Of a stretch of 64,000 nucleotides of DNA, positions 11,475 through 23,233 are shown one piece after another. Both the position numbers and the translations under genes were made by a program. This DNA comes from Azolla caroliniana. Its lineage: Eukaryota; Plantae; Polypodiophyta. The notes beneath the pieces were generated by a model. That model worked only from the letters and a program-made list of their open reading frames with translations, was not told the origin of the DNA and ran no database searches. Where the stretch lies: contig JBHGNT010000016.1 of assembly GCA_043228905.1 (NCBI GenBank), forward strand, positions 15,686,001 to 15,750,000, given 5' to 3'. Positions within the stretch are counted from its first letter, which is position 1. Every line of letters begins with the position of its first letter.

Positions 11475-14400
11475 TTATTCCTCGTTTACCGGTTCGTCCT
11501 CCGCCTCGGGCTGCTCGTCGTTGCTGTCTGTGCCCCCTAGCTCCGGCTCACCGTCGTGTCGTTTCTTGAACGCTTTGATCCTCTTCCCCGCTACCGGTAT
11601 CGCCATTCTCATACCGTCGAGCTCCACGAGATGGTACATCCCATTGTCGTTGGCGCCTGTTACTACGTAAGGCCTGAACCACCTCCTTGCGAACTTCCGC
11701 GTGGCCTTGTGCTGATTGTCGAGGCTGGTGTCATAGACTAGCACCCAGTCGCCTTCCTCGATCTTCCTTGGCCGGAGCCGGTGTGTTCGGTCGAACCGGG
11801 CTTTGTTCCTTATCCTCGCTACCCGAAGTTTCTCCGCGGCTCACTCTACGTCCTCCGGCCTCCTCTCGAGCTATCGAATCCGCTCCGCCAACAGTTCCTC
11901 CCGGCTCATCTCATCCCTCCAGTCCACCGTGGCCCACGAGCAAATCGTTCGCTCTATTACCGAACTGTGCGTAGTCCGGTCCGCCCACAAGGCATAAGGT
12001 AGTAGCCGTGGCCAGTTCCCGACTTGGCCTCTGCATGCCCGTACTAGCGCTTTGACAATTGGCCCGTGTCCGCGCTCTACCTTCCTGTTCGCCTCCGGAT
12101 TGTACGCTGTGGTGAGTGAAAGTTTGACTCCTAGCCGGTCGAACAACTCTTCGGCCTCTTCTGCGTCCAACTCACCACGGTCAGCCACGATCTTCCCTAC
12201 GCACCCATATCGGCATACCACGTCCTCAATCAAAAACCGGCATACGGCTGCAGTCGTCTTGTTCTGTAGGGCTCGGCCTTCAACCTGGTTTGTTATATCC
12301 TCCCGAGCCAGCATCAGATACCGCATCTGTCCGACCCCCATTGGCATCGTCACCAAATCCACCATCCATTTGAAGTGGATGGTCGGAGGGTAGGTCGGGT
12401 GAAGCTCGTCCCAGTGTCGGATCATGGAGTGGACCTGGCAGCTTTCGCAAGTTGTCACGAACCGATGCACGTCCCGGTATAGTCCCGGCCACTAGTACTT
12501 CCCTTTTAGCTTTTCGAACATGGCCCACGTTCCACGGTGTCCAGCCCAAGGACTGTCGTGGTACGCCGCCAGCAAATCCTCCTGTTCCTCCTTCGCCACC
12601 ACTCGGAGCGGGATGTCGTTCCTCTCCTTCGGGTGCTTCCATATGTACCCGTCCCAGAGAAAGAATCGGTAGGCTTTCTTCCGAATCTGGTTGGCCTCGT
12701 TCGTTGTCCATGCCGTGTCCGGTGTCATGGTTTTCAGGAACCCGTCGATCTGTAGCCACTCCCCGTCGTACTTGCTCTCGTCAAAATCATTAAGCGTTGG
12801 AGTGCATTCCCTGGCAGTTGTTACGCGAGCCGCCTTGAAGAAGTCCATGCCGACTTCCTCGTCCTCCAAAACCATGCCGCCCTCATTTTCGAACCTCGCC
12901 GTTGAAAGCATGTCGGCCATGGCATTGTCTTTCCCAGAAATGTGTCGTATTTCCGAATTCAGGGACTTGATGTACGCTATCCACCTGAGCATTGCTAGGT
13001 CCGGCGTCGCGCATCTGGAAACCATGCCAAGAATTGGCAGGCAGTCCATCTCAATAATTACCTCTACCCCAATCAAGTAGTCTTTATCAGCCTTTACCGC
13101 CGAAACGATACCCCAGAGCTCGCGTTTAACCTGGGGTATCCTCGTTGTCGCTCGTTGAGGACCGTCGCGCTGAACCGGATGGGAAACGCATGCCGTCCTC
13201 GTCCTCTTGGTTGCCGACCCATCCGATCCCGGTCGGACTCGTGTCTATCGTTACGTAAATTGGAGTGTCCTTTCCGTAGACAGCCTTTCGGAGCGCCGGA
13301 GCTGCGGAAAGTGCTTCCTTCATCTGTCGGACAGACTCCGTATGCTCGTCTCTCCACTCGAATTTTCACCCCTTTTTCAGCAACCCTTATAACGGCTCCG
13401 CGATGTGAGCGTAATGCGGGATCCATATGTGGTAGAACGCGCACGCTCCCAAGAACCTCCGAACCTCCATGACTGAGCTACAGTCGTCCTTCATCATGGA
13501 GATGGCTTCTACCTTAGCCGGAGACGGTTTCCAGCCGTACAACCCGCATAGGTGTCCGACGACCATGATCTCTGATTGCCCGAAGGCCGATTTTCCCCCG
13601 GAGAAGGTGAGCCTCGCGCCCTCCAACCTCTGCAGCACCTTCTCGCAGTCATCGATGTGCGTCGCCACGAATTTCCGGCACCCGTCAGGTCCGATCGTCT
13701 CGTCCCATTCCTCCACCGGGCATCCCTTGATCGGGACGTCGTCCAGAAACGGCATGGTGATGTCCAGGATACAATCCCTCAGCACCTTGTTCATTGCGTT
13801 CACCATGTGAGCCACCGAGTTCGTCCCTCCTTGTGGTAGGGTACACATCCGTACTAGGCCGAGAGGAGTTCGCATTGTCGTGATGTCTCTGCTCTCTATG
13901 GCTAGCTGGAACTGATCGTACCCCGAGTAGAGATCACCGACCGAGTAAATCGACCTTCCGGCGAAGGAGGCCTCCGCGAACTCGTCTATTGTCGGTCTGA
14001 TTCCTGCGTTTCGAATGGTCACCTTGTTGACCGGCTGCAGGTCTTGAATAAAGCGCAGCGTGCCGTCCTTCTTCAGCACGGTAAACCACCGATTCGAGTA
14101 TGGGGCACTTGACGGTTCGAGGATGCCCATCTCGACCTTCTGCTTTAACAGCTCCTTCAGCTTCGGGATGTGAGCTCTGGGTACTGGAATCGGTTTGAGA
14201 CTCCACGGCACATGCGGTACCGTGAATATCACCATCGGTTACACGACTGTCAGGTCTACACACCCGATCTCCTTCGGTGAGAATGCGAAAGCCTTCCCGT
14301 GCCTTCCGAGCATTTCCCGAAAACGGTCCTCTTCCACCAGCAGTAGGAAGCCGCCCCCACCGATTTTGAGCTCACGTAGCGTTATGTCGGTGAACGCGTG

Positions 14401-16158
14401 TCCTATGCGGGCCGGATTTTGTAAACTCGGGTCCGACGCAACCCCCTTTATTCGCAACTCGCTGCCCACCGGCAAGGGAGCCGCGACCCGCCTCACCTTC
14501 CAGTCCACAGTCTTGTACCTCGTGTGCACCCGGGCCGTCCGATCCGACTCGAGCCCTCTACTGAAGTCCGCAATGACTTCTTACATCCTTTCTGAACATA
14601 CCGGAATCGTCCGGTCCTCTTTAAGGACTCCTCTGACTGCCTCTCGCAGCACCCCCAAGGTATCGTCGAAAGAGACCGCCTCCACGGCTCCGTTGATTTC
14701 CTCTCCAAGGCCGAGGATACCACATGCCCGAAGTCGCTCCTCCGCCCTCTTCTTCTTCCTGCCAACAACATCGACTATCGTACACCCTCCATTGTCGGAG
14801 AACCAAAATTTCCTACTTATAGTACAGGTCTTCTTTGCTATTATACACTTGTGGGGTTTTCCCGGAGTGTCCGGACTATCGCGGCCCCACGCCTTGATAG
14901 CCCTCTCCAAAAATCCTCTCGGCTTTCGCCCCCGAGGGTCTCGTGGTTCCACTCATGGTTCGGTCTCACCGTCAGGAACTGGACCGAGTGACACCCATCC
15001 TGGCTCTTGACCCTTGCATAGGCCGAGCCATTGTCCAGCACCTTGGTGTCCATCCGTGCTACCGTGATGTACGGTTCTCCTAGTATAACCGGATGTGAGG
15101 ACGTCTCCTGCACGAAGAAGTGTTGGTCAATCTCGACATCGCCGATCTTTATTCGTACATTCGGGCAGGCTCCATGCAGTTCTTCGGTGCCACGTGTCGT
15201 TGCCCATATCTTCCACCCGTGCTTGGTGTTGATCGGCCATTTCCCGTTCTTGTAGAAGTCCATGGACATCAAATTGATTTCTGAACCGTGGTCCACCAAC
15301 GCCACCGTGGTTCATGAACATCTCCGATCTTCACGGGGGTCTCCGTAGTTGCTCTGGCCCAGTGCGGCCTCGAATAGTGGCTCTCCGCCAACTCCTCTTC
15401 CAGCGCCATGTCCTCTATGTGCGTCGTTCGCACCTCCACCGGCTTCTCTAGTTCTTCCTCTTCACCAAGTCTACGATGAGGTCGTGGAACTCCTTCTTGG
15501 CGATCCCCAAGCACTTCCCTCAGCGACAGTTCCACCTTGCTGTTGAGGACTCGTTCTTCCAGGACCTTTCGCAGGTCCGTGGTTCTTTTGATTTCTGTGC
15601 CCAGCCGGTACCCGCCCCTCTTGGGAATATCCTGGGCACCGGTCACACTGGCCTCATTCCGCCTTTGCCCGACCCGAGTTTCATATCGTTGCGAGGGCCC
15701 GGCCCCTCCGGTTTTCCCTACCTACTTGTCCTTCACCAAAGCCTCGTAGTTTTGACAAGCGGCTTCGACGAAGCCCGTCTTTTCTTCCACGGGATCACTC
15801 CATCCGGTTACCTCCCGGACCCGTTTTTCCACGCGGTCCACCTCTTCTTTCCGTAGTCGTGCGCTAGCGAGGCCTTCTAGCATCGTCGGCCAGAACCCGG
15901 CTTTGTTCGTCTTCGGGGCCTCGCCACCTCCGACCCGAATACCAGTTGACGCCGAGTAGTGGACGGTCTCCGCGTGACGAGCCGCCGCCTCCTCCATCAG
16001 CCTTTTCATACCTCCCCGCCCGACATTCAGGTCCAGGGCCCTTCAAGTCTCGCTGGCGTGCACCCAACCATTCCACAGGTACACCACGTTGCTTCTCATT
16101 GCCTCGGCGAAGTCCCCGCAGTCTTTCCGGATGTGGCCGACCGCGTCACACCACATGC
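11475..16158 (-). pseudogene. Gypsy C gag C-terminus, protease, RT, RNase H, integrase (fragmented)
   Basis: LVDHGSEINLM protease; GDLYSGYDQF, LPQG.TNS, PFLDDVPIKG RT; DTSPTGIGW RNase H; YNPEAN.KVERGH integrase; many frameshifts. Confidence 0.9.
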
Positions 16159-16486
16159 GGGTGAAAGCATGCGAGTGGAAACAATTAGCTATGCAAAAAG
16201 CTACCATTGATAAATAGTCATTTTAGTAAAAAGCCATCATTAATAAATTAAGTATGCAAAAAACTACCATTGAAAATACTAGAGTGTTTTAATTACATAT
16301 GTAAATGAGTGCCATAAATGTGCAACATAAATTGATGTGTGCACCATAAATGTGTACCATAAATTATATATCGAATTCCTAGGTCCATTATGCATGATCC
16401 TTTGCCACATCATGTAGGCCATCTCTAGTTGAGTACTGTGGGTTAGTTGCTACCACTGTTGCTAAACCCTATCGAGTCCACCTGCC

Positions 16487-17260
16487 GCCACTCTACACTG
16501 AGGGGCCGCTACTGTGCGTTCCAAGCATCATCAAAGAGCTGCTCAATTTGACGGGGTTCTCTTCTCTGTGACACTCTACACTCAGGGGCCACTACTGTGC
16601 ATTCCAAGCATCATCAAAGAGTTGTTCAATCTGACGGGGTTCTCTTCTCTGTGCCACTCTACACTCAGGGGCCATTACTGTGCGTTCCAAGCATCATCAA
16701 AGAGCTGTTCAATCTGAGGGGGTTCTCTTCTCTGTGCCACTCTACACTCAGGGGCCATTACTGTGCGTTCCAAGCATCATCAAAGAGCTGTTCAATCTGA
16801 GGGGGTTCTCTTCTCTGTGCCACTCTACACTCAGGGGCCGCTGCTGTGCGTTCCAAGCATCATCAAAGAGCTGTTCAATCTGACGGGGTTCTCTTCTCTT
16901 TGCCACTCTACACTCAGGGGTTGCTACTGTGCGTTCCAAGCATAATCAAAGAGCTATTCAATCTGACGGGGTTCTCTTCTCTTTTCCACTCTCACTCAGG
17001 GGCCGCTACTGTGCGTTTCAAGCATCATTGGTAACTGTTCAACCTGACAGGTGGGTTCTCTTCTCTTTTCCACTCTCACTCAGGGGCCGCTACTGTGCGT
17101 TTCAAGCATCATTGGTAACTGTTCAATCTGACGGGGTTCTCTTCTCTATGCCACTCTATTCTCAAGTGCCTTCTATGTGCGTTTCAAGCATCATCGGTAA
17201 CTGTTCAATCTGACGGGGTTCTCTCCTCCATTGCCATCATTCTATACTCAGTTGCCACTA
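16487..17260 (+). repeat. Subterminal 83-bp tandem repeat (about 9 units, degenerating rightwards)
   Basis: Unit GCCACTCTACACTCAGGGGCC...GGGGTTCTCTTCTCTGT; the ORF track repeats at exactly 83-bp steps (16514, 16597, 16680, 16763, 16846, 16929). Confidence 0.9.
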
Positions 17261-17571
17261 CTGTCCAGTCCTGGATTGCTTCCACATTTCGATTTGACGG
17301 AGTTCACTCATCCAACGGCAACATTCTACACTCAGTTGTTGCCATTGGTCGGTCTTGGATCGCCTCCTCAACTGTTGGATCCAACGGAGTGAAATCCTCT
17401 ACTGTTCGGTCTTGGATTGCAATAACTTTTCTGTCTATTGATTATCTTGTGTATTGTTGTGTCTAATCTTGTGTATTGTGTGGAATATTTTTGTGTATTG
17501 TTGTTGCCCATAGCCATCTTTAATACTTGTTTTTTTTTCTGGAAATTTAGGGTTTTAACATGTCTAGCCAA

Positions 17572-20500
17572 ATGGAAGGGGAAGAAGGGTGTTTAGAATT
17601 ACCCCTCAATGATCATAAGGATAGGGATGATGTTATCAGGACACAACAAGCCATACGAAACTATTGGGCAGAAAAAAAAAGGAAACATCGTCAATTGTTG
17701 AAGGATACGAAAGCCACACTCAGTAAAAGGTAAGGATAGTTTAGCTGAGAATGTAAGTAATGCGACTACCATCATAGAGAGAAAGGTTGTAGACTATTTC
17801 AATGTTCAAACCAAGCACATCAGCAATGAAGAAAAGAAGGTAGTACTTTATGGAATATGTAATGATCCATCGATAAAGGACTTAGTTGATTGTGATGGTC
17901 TTAATGCAAACATATCATCTATTTTAGTAAATAATCTTCGTAATAGTTTCGTATCCATGAGCAGGTCAGAAGATGATCTTGTCTTAAAAAGGTCTAGTCT
18001 AATGATGTTACTTAATAGTGATGTTGACGATATAAACATCAGTGAGCTATCTAAGGTAATTGGTGTTAGTAGAAAAACCGTGTACAATACAATGAACCGT
18101 ATAATTTCCTCGGGTGAAGGAACTAGTCTACTAAAGCTAACTACAAGATGTAAGCCAATGACACCCATAACATTTGAAATCAAGGATGTAATCACAATGT
18201 TTTGGACTAATGAGAGTAGGGTTTCACCCAATAAAAAGGATTTATGCAGGAAACGTGTTGGAAGAAATCAATACGAGGAGCATCCCATTCATCTTCTTGA
18301 TGTACCTCAGGTATTTACATTTATCTCAACATTTGTTTTGACTCTACTCGGAAAGTTAATTAGCTCAGTTAGCAGAAAAGCTAATTAGCTTATCAGTTAC
18401 ATTTACCTCAGTTAGCTACTAGGATCGCTACTACATAGGTAACTAGCTACTCTCAATAGTTACTACCATGATAGCTAATTAGCTATTCTCAATAGCTAAT
18501 TTAGGTACTACCAGATAATTAGCTGTACTGCTAGCTAGTTAGCTATCATGGTAGCTAGTTAGCTATTTCGTTATTACCAGCTAATTAGCTACCATGATAG
18601 CTAATTAGCTACTATGATAGCTACTACATAGGTAACTGGCTACTCTCAATAGCTAATACCATGATAGCTAATTAGCTATTCTCAATAGCTAATTTAGGTA
18701 CTACCAGATAATTAGTTGTACTGGAAGCTAGTTAGCTATCATGGTAGCTAGTTTGTTATTTCGTTATTACCAGCTAATTAGCTACTAGGAAAGCTAATTA
18801 GCTATCATGATAGCTAATTAGCTTACTAGGATAGCTAATTAGCCACCGTGATAGCTAATTAGCTACTAGACCAGCTAATTTGCTACCATGATAGCTAATT
18901 AGTTAGGATAGCTAATTAGCCACCATTATAGCTAATTAGCTACTAGACCAGCTAATTAGCTACCATGATAGCTAATTAGTTAGGATAGCTAATTAGCCAC
19001 CATTATAGCTAATTAGCTACTAGACCAGCTAATTAGCTACGATGATAGCTAATTAGCTATAATGGTGGCTGATTAGCTTTCCTAGTAACTAATTAGCTAC
19101 CATGATAGTTAATTAGCTACTAGACCAGCTAATTAGCTACTAGACCAGCTAATTAGCTACTAGACCAGCTAATTAGCTACTAGACCAGCTAATTAGCTAC
19201 TAGACCAGCTAATTAGCTACCATGATAGCTAATTAGTTACTAGGAAAGCTAATCAGCCACCATTATAGCTAATTAGCCACCATTATAGCTAATTAGCTAC
19301 TAGACCAGCTAATTAGCTACCATGATAGCTAATTAGCTACTAGGATAGCTAATTAGCTACCATGATAGCTAATTAGCTACTAGGACAACTAATTAGCTAA
19401 TTAGCTACCATGATAGCTAATTAGCTACCATGATAGCTAATTAGCTACTAGGAAAACTAATTAGCTACTAGGATAGCTAATTAGCTACCATGATAGCTAA
19501 TTAGCTACTACGACAGCTAATTAGCTACCATGATAGCTAATTAGCTACTACGACAGCTAATTAACTACCATGATAGCTAATTAGCTACTAGGACAACTAA
19601 TTAGCTACTAGGACAGCTAATTAGCTACCATGATAGCTAATTAGCTACTAGAATAGCTAACTAGCTACTAGAATAGCTAATTAGCTACTAGGACAGCTAA
19701 TTAGCTACCATGATAGCTAATTAGCTACTAGAATAGCTAACTAGCTACTAGAATAGCTAATTAGCTACTAGGATAGTTAGCTAGTTACGAGAATAACTAA
19801 TTCCCCTTTATTACGCAGGTCGATTTATTTATTAGGTTCAAACGAATGCATCCAACTATCAAAGTTCAACTACGAACATTCGAGTCTCTTAAGCCACACT
19901 TTGTGAGACGCTTAAAGGATCGATACACATGTTGTTGCATTTACCATGTACAAATGGGTTTTCTGAAGGACTCTGTTAATCTACTACGTCACCATAGCGC
20001 ATCCCTAACTAATACAGTTTGCACATGTGGGTGCCCAATCTGTCGATCAAGCCCGCAAGAGGAGTGTAAATCATCTGAGCACGTTATCTCTTCCATGAGT
20101 TATTTATTAGATTCAATATTGTGTCCGAGAGAAACTGACGCTATCTTCCATATTCATAAATGTGTCATGGGTTTATGTCAAGATTGTGGCCCTACTAGAT
20201 TTAGGTGGTGTCCAAATGAATTGAGTAGTGAAATATTGATCTCTGTGAAGTTATTTGAGTCAGTGAACACCAATTTCGAAGGAAAGGTGTGTAAAAGAAA
20301 GGATCTAGTTCGGAAGATGCTTAAACCAAGGGATTTGGTGTCTCTGTTTGTAGTATCTCTAGGAAAGTTCATTAAACACAACTTCATTTATTCATGGCAG
20401 GCCCATCAGTTTAAGACTTGCATATCTGATTTCCCAAATGATGTAGTAGTTTCAGTAGTAGATTTCGCAGAGAATTATACTTTCACGCAGCAGAATGAAA

Positions 20501-21660
20501 TTCAATCTATGCATTGGTGTTCAGTTCAGGTAACCATTTTTGTGCACATAACATATTTTCGAGTTTCAGGTGATGTTAAAAAAGTAATTCATTTCTTTAT
20601 TTCCGATGATAAGAAGCATGATACCTTGTTCGTCCAACACTGTTTTAAGTTACATTGGCAGTGGTTATTAGCTCAACGTTTGGAGCTTACTCAACATTGG
20701 GTCTGGTTTGACGGAGCTGCGTCACAATTCAAGGCTCGACGTCCATTTTATTTTGTGGGGAGGTATCCTGCTATAACAGGTTTGGAGATGAGATGGAATT
20801 TTTTTGGGTCTGGCCATGGTAAAGGTGAACATGATGGTGCAGGGGCTGTTATAAAGCGGGCACTTACCCATGAACAACTAAAGATAGATGGTGTGCACAT
20901 GAATTGTGCATCACATGTAGTTGAATTTTTAAGAACAAATATGTCAACGAGTGCCACAGGTGTTTATTCCTCGCAAGTCCGAGATATCAAACGTGAATTT
21001 TGGGAAGTGAAGATAGATGAAGTAAATAGGAAGAAGACCTGGGAGTGCCAAGGAATTCCCGAATTGCGATCTCTGCATGCTGTTCGCGGTTATTCCAGGT
21101 TGGATGGTCATTGTATTGCGGTTAGAGAATTGACTTGTTTTTGCTTCCATTGTGTGCAGGGAAATTGGAGATATTGTCTAAACAAAGCATACATTCAGAA
21201 TTGGGAGTATCACACTCTGAATGATAAGGAAGCAGTTGATGGAGAAACAGGGCAGAATGCTGACTTCACATATGAGGGACTTGGAGATACTTTGAGTGAT
21301 GTCCTGAACGTTGGGGATAACTTCACTGTAAATGCTGAAGAAGGCAATTCAGAGGGTGCTGATTTCTATATATTAAAGTGCACGGTTAGTAAACAGTGTG
21401 CAAGGCAGAATATTGTAGATGCATGGGGAAATTTTGTATCTGTCGGGACATTCTACATCGAAGGCATTTTTTATGCAAAACTAGATGACTACGAATATGT
21501 GTACAGGCTGTTAGAAGACAAACCAGCGGCGTATATGTACTCTCATTTGGTCAGATGCATCAACGTCCCAATGTCAGAATACAATAGCTGCTCCGGTTTA
21601 TACACTGTTGGTGCTAATGTGTATGAATGTATTTACAATAGTATGCCATGGAATTTGTAG
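17572..21660 (+). CDS. Sola2-like DDD transposase, two exons (17572-18310, 19819-21660), +1 frameshift near 17725
   Basis: CxCxxH, DFAENY..QNEIQSMHW, FISDDKKHD, W.DGAASQFK, WNFFGSGHGKGEHDGAG motifs; phase-0 intron CAG|GTATTT...TTACGCAG|GTC conserved in copy 2; an extra A in exon 1 relative to copy 2. Confidence 0.85.
18345..19802. repeat. Array of the palindrome TAGCTAATTAGCTA with about 6-nt spacers, filling the transposase intron
   Basis: About 20-bp period; spacers mainly CCATGA / CTAGGA / CTAGAC; confined to intron 18311-19818. Confidence 0.95.
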
Positions 21661-22007
21661 CTACAAGTAGCACTTACCATGTTCTCTTGTAAAACAAACA
21701 TGTATTTCGCGAAAACAGTTAAATAAATTCGTTTGGAATCAATTTCTTGTATACAGTCTGCTTTCTGTGCTTCTTTCTCAATAAAATCATGTCTTTTTTG
21801 TTAAGTTTTAAGTTATAAGTTATAGCGAAATAGTCATCAGTAGCTAATTAGCTGTACAAATGCAGCTAATTAGCTGTCAATAGCTAAATAGTCATCAATA
21901 GAATGAAATCAACAATCTGCAACATATTCCTCAAATTACACAGTAGATAAGTACAGTGGGAACAAGTAATTAAATTCTTCATTGAATAATGTCATCTCTT
22001 TACATAT

Positions 22008-23063
22008 TTATAAATTACCATTGGAAATGTCTACAAATCTCCTATAAACAGCTAAGCTCTTGCTAGTCAGTGGAACGAGTCTACATATATTATCCGCATA
22101 TTGAGCTCCGTATGGAGTCCACAACCATGCACCTAGTTGGCAGCTCACTGTTTGCACCAGGTACTGTTCAGGCATTTCCTCGGGTAGAATGAGACAGCAT
22201 CTCCGAATATTGAAGTAGTGTCGGAAATGTTCTGTATCCAAAATCAATGTATTGTCGGCATTATATTCAGGCCAAGTAGCCCAAAAATCAGAAAGTCTCT
22301 TGAATCTTGCAGCTTCCATTTGCTCACAATTTTCTCGTGCCCATTGACCTTTAAAACGACTTCGCCATTTTGGGAAGAATCTTGCCAAACACTTCCACAC
22401 ATCTGATTTTGGTTTTTCACTCCAAATAAACAAATCAAAGTATTCCACAGCCCACTCTAGAAACTGATTTGCGTCCCTCCTTGGCTGCATATATCTCACA
22501 CTCATCAAGACTTTATCAAGCTCCAAGATCAAGGCTCTTCTTTCGACTTCTAGTGGTTTAGGTTTCCATTCCTGAAACTGAGCCGCTGTTACACCATTTT
22601 CTGGTAGGATACGATCAATCTCAATCATCTCAGGTTCGGCTGACACAACTGGTGTCCTTTTCCTCTTTAAACCCCTAGTCGACTGTGTTGGGCCTAGCTT
22701 CACATTCTGGTGCTCTTGTTTTGTCGACTTAGTTATCAATCCTTGGATTACCTCAGTGCATGTAGCAACTGATCTGCTCGATATCAGTCCACTGGTATCA
22801 CATGCTGCATCTACCTGCAACACCAAGTCATCCGTGCTACATGCTTGATCAACTTGTGTGACCAGATCACTTGTGTCAGTTGCTACATCTACTTTCAAGA
22901 TGGGGCCCTTTAAACATGCCGCAACATCAACAGTATCCACACTGCCATTGGCCTTACGAGCAATAGAATCAAACCCTTTAGACTCTGCAACATCAGAAAA
23001 CACCAACATATTCACACTCACAAAGTAACTAATAGTCTCACAAAACAATATCCTGAACATCAA
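22008..23063 (-). CDS. Transposon accessory ORF with C-terminal FCP1/SCP (NIF) HAD-phosphatase-like domain, catalytic motif degenerate
   Basis: ALILELDKVL..RRDANQFLEWAVEYFDLFIWS..WARENC..FKRLSDFW..YNADNTLILD resembles the NIF layout (LVLDLDETL..RP....FL.....F....W..KDL..W......NT..ID); true 5' end uncertain, candidate acceptor TTGCAG ending at 22985. Confidence 0.65.
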   Translation of the reverse strand: MMFRILFCETISYFVSVNMLVFSDVAESKGFDSIARKANGSVDTVDVAACLKGPILKVDVATDTSDLVTQVDQACSTDDLVLQVDAACDTSGLISSRSVATCTEVIQGLITKSTKQEHQNVKLGPTQSTRGLKRKRTPVVSAEPEMIEIDRILPENGVTAAQFQEWKPKPLEVERRALILELDKVLMSVRYMQPRRDANQFLEWAVEYFDLFIWSEKPKSDVWKCLARFFPKWRSRFKGQWARENCEQMEAARFKRLSDFWATWPEYNADNTLILDTEHFRHYFNIRRCCLILPEEMPEQYLVQTVSCQLGAWLWTPYGAQYADNICRLVPLTSKSLAVYRRFVDISNGNL

Positions 23064-23233
23064 AGAGTTTCAGTCATAGAACAACACTCTTCAAATTATC
23101 TTGGAAAAACATCATAGAGTTCCATTACATAATGTGGATCAAGCAACAACCAATCTGAGGTTTTACTTGTCCAACAAGATAGTAAAACTTCATAAAACCC
23201 TAGCAAAATCCCTAAGCTAACAATCATATCCAA

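Noticed and set aside
14195-15010. 271-aa plus-strand ORF and many similar short ORFs in 11200-16200
   Set aside because: Antisense shadows of the GC-rich Gypsy C pol
16514-17213. Series of near-identical 60-94 aa ORFs
   Set aside because: By-product of the 83-bp tandem repeat
18345-19802. CRISPR-like appearance (palindromic repeat plus spacers)
   Set aside because: Spacers are short (mostly about 6 nt) and reused, there are no cas genes, and the context is a eukaryotic intron
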